64,000 bases of DNA, taken from contig LSRY02000028.1 of the NCBI GenBank assembly GCA_001643675.2, forward strand, positions 248,001 through 312,000. Direction: 5' to 3'. Made by a program: the position numbers and the translations under genes. Shown piece after piece: positions 62,505-64,000 of this stretch (position 1 is the first letter of the stretch; each line of letters begins with the position of its first letter). The stretch is from Monocercomonoides exilis PA203. Lineage: Eukaryota > Protista > Preaxostyla. The notes below the pieces were generated by a model. The model was not told where the DNA came from. It ran no database searches and was given only the letters and a program-made list of their open reading frames with translations.

Positions 62505-63720
62505 TAGTGTGTAAAAAACCCGGACATGTAATAAACCCGGAACTCGATAATTTTTTGTTTTATTTTTTTTTCTGAAGAGTATTTTTCATGTCTTATCAAC
62601 CAATTGTCACGTTACCGCTTTTATAATTAAAAGAAAACTTTCAAACATCGCATTGTTTCAAAAAAAAATAAGAAAAATTTTGAAAAATTAAAAAAAACTA
62701 ATTCCACACTCATTCATTTAAAAATAAACATAACAAAAATATAATTTGAATTCCAACTTAACTGAAAATTATACTTAAAAAAATAACATGTTTTTAAATA
62801 GTTAGAAAAAAATTTATAAAAAAACGCAAAGCGTTTGATTTTGATAACAATAATCAATTTCTCACCAATGGTTTGTTAAAAAAACACTTGAAATTTTTCA
62901 AACAACATGAATAGAGAACAAAATTTGCACCAAAGGACAAAGAAAAGACTCAGGCTTTTCTTTAATTTTTGATCATTTTTGTTTGATGCAACAACAAGGC
63001 TTGGTATAACTTCAGGAGTTGTTAAAAACACTTCTTCCAGATTGAAAATACATTCCGATTTGTACTGATGCTCATCAAATAAATATCTGTCTTTTTTCAA
63101 ACCAAAAAAAGGCATTCCTTTGTTGAATGAGAAGCTATCTCCACTGATAAATGGATTGGATGGACAAAGAAAAGGTACTCGTTCGAATTGATAAAAGAAT
63201 ATGACCAAGTGTAGTATACATGTTTACTCTGAGTTGGCTTGTGTTGATCTTCAGCTATGTATTAATGAGGCAATAAACTCATAACAAAAAGATATAAACA
63301 CAATACTTAAAAAAAAGAAAGAAAAATCCAACTATGTCTCTCACTTGTTTTGCACACGGAAAGGCGCCAAGTTGTATTTTATCTTTAATTTTTGAGAAGA
63401 ATGCAGTTTTGTTTTGCTTGTTCAGAATTGGGGGGTCTTCCGATTCTGCTAATGTCCCTTCCTTCCTTCCTTGCCTTTGCTGCACGATAGAAACTGCTTT
63501 TCGTAACTAATCCGTTCTTTAAAAATATTGTTGGCCTAAACTTCTTCGATTCCATTTCATCCAACAATTCAAGCAACTTCTCTTCCCTGTCAACTGCATT
63601 GATTGCAATGTCATGGTTATCTTGCGTCATTGAATCATTCTCTCCTTCGACAGCCTTTTGATTGAATCTTCTCCATTATCTTCCTTTTCTAAATATTCAT
63701 CCATTATTTCATCATCGCAA
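62505..63720 (-). pseudogene. Degraded second pogo-like transposase with a probable terminal repeat at about 62505-62545
   Basis: LVTKSSFYRAAKARKEGRDISRIGRP resembles IITRHSLKRAEKAQNAGRYIGKPGKP of the 59670 copy, and IFNLEE resembles IFNLDET. Frameshifted. Confidence 0.55.
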
Positions 63721-64000
63721 AAACAAAGCAAAGGGGGAATATCAACAATGATTTGATAAAGGTTCTTTTATTCGTTTCCATTAAAAAAATATCATAACTT
63801 TTTTTGAAAGAAAATTCCAATCGATTATTTTTATTTTTCAACTTGAAGAAGTGTTCAGTTTATGCATAATCATGCAAAGTGAAATGTGATAGATAAATAT
63901 GATTAACTCATTTCATAAAGACAACTTTTCGTTGGCGCATGAAACTGGGTTTGTAACAGAAAGATTTTAAGGGTTCAGAAGCTGCAAAGCCAGCTGGTTG

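Overview
This is AT-rich, intron-rich eukaryotic DNA. Short GT-AG introns, flagellar genes, poly-Ser tracts, Pmp-like surface proteins and a loop-less cathepsin B suggest a metamonad or oxymonad protist such as Monocercomonoides (inference). Two compact host-gene blocks are present. The 1-9.3 kb block holds a Pmp-like membrane protein, a CDP-alcohol phosphatidyltransferase/cytidylyltransferase fusion and TAP42. The 36-53.7 kb block holds B9D2, an ERG8-type phosphomevalonate kinase, a COMM protein, a TPR protein, cathepsin B, proteasome alpha5 and alpha6, DNAL4, DENND6, a GT25-like protein, RPB8 and tRNA-Gln. Between them lies a three-level transposon nest. A small inverted-repeat element is split by a 24.9-kb hAT element (9509-34363; 15-bp TIRs, perfect 8-bp TSD, intact spliced transposase). 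The hAT in turn contains a 16.8-kb Sola2-like element (17378-34218; 29-bp TIRs, ATTT TSD). The Sola2-like element carries decayed host-gene cargo and an apparently intact DDD transposase with a catalytically complete USP (C19) deubiquitinase domain inserted into it. The last 10 kb is a dense cluster of non-autonomous elements related to both families, plus a foldback element and two pogo-like elements. Exon boundaries were inferred by eye and no database searches were run.
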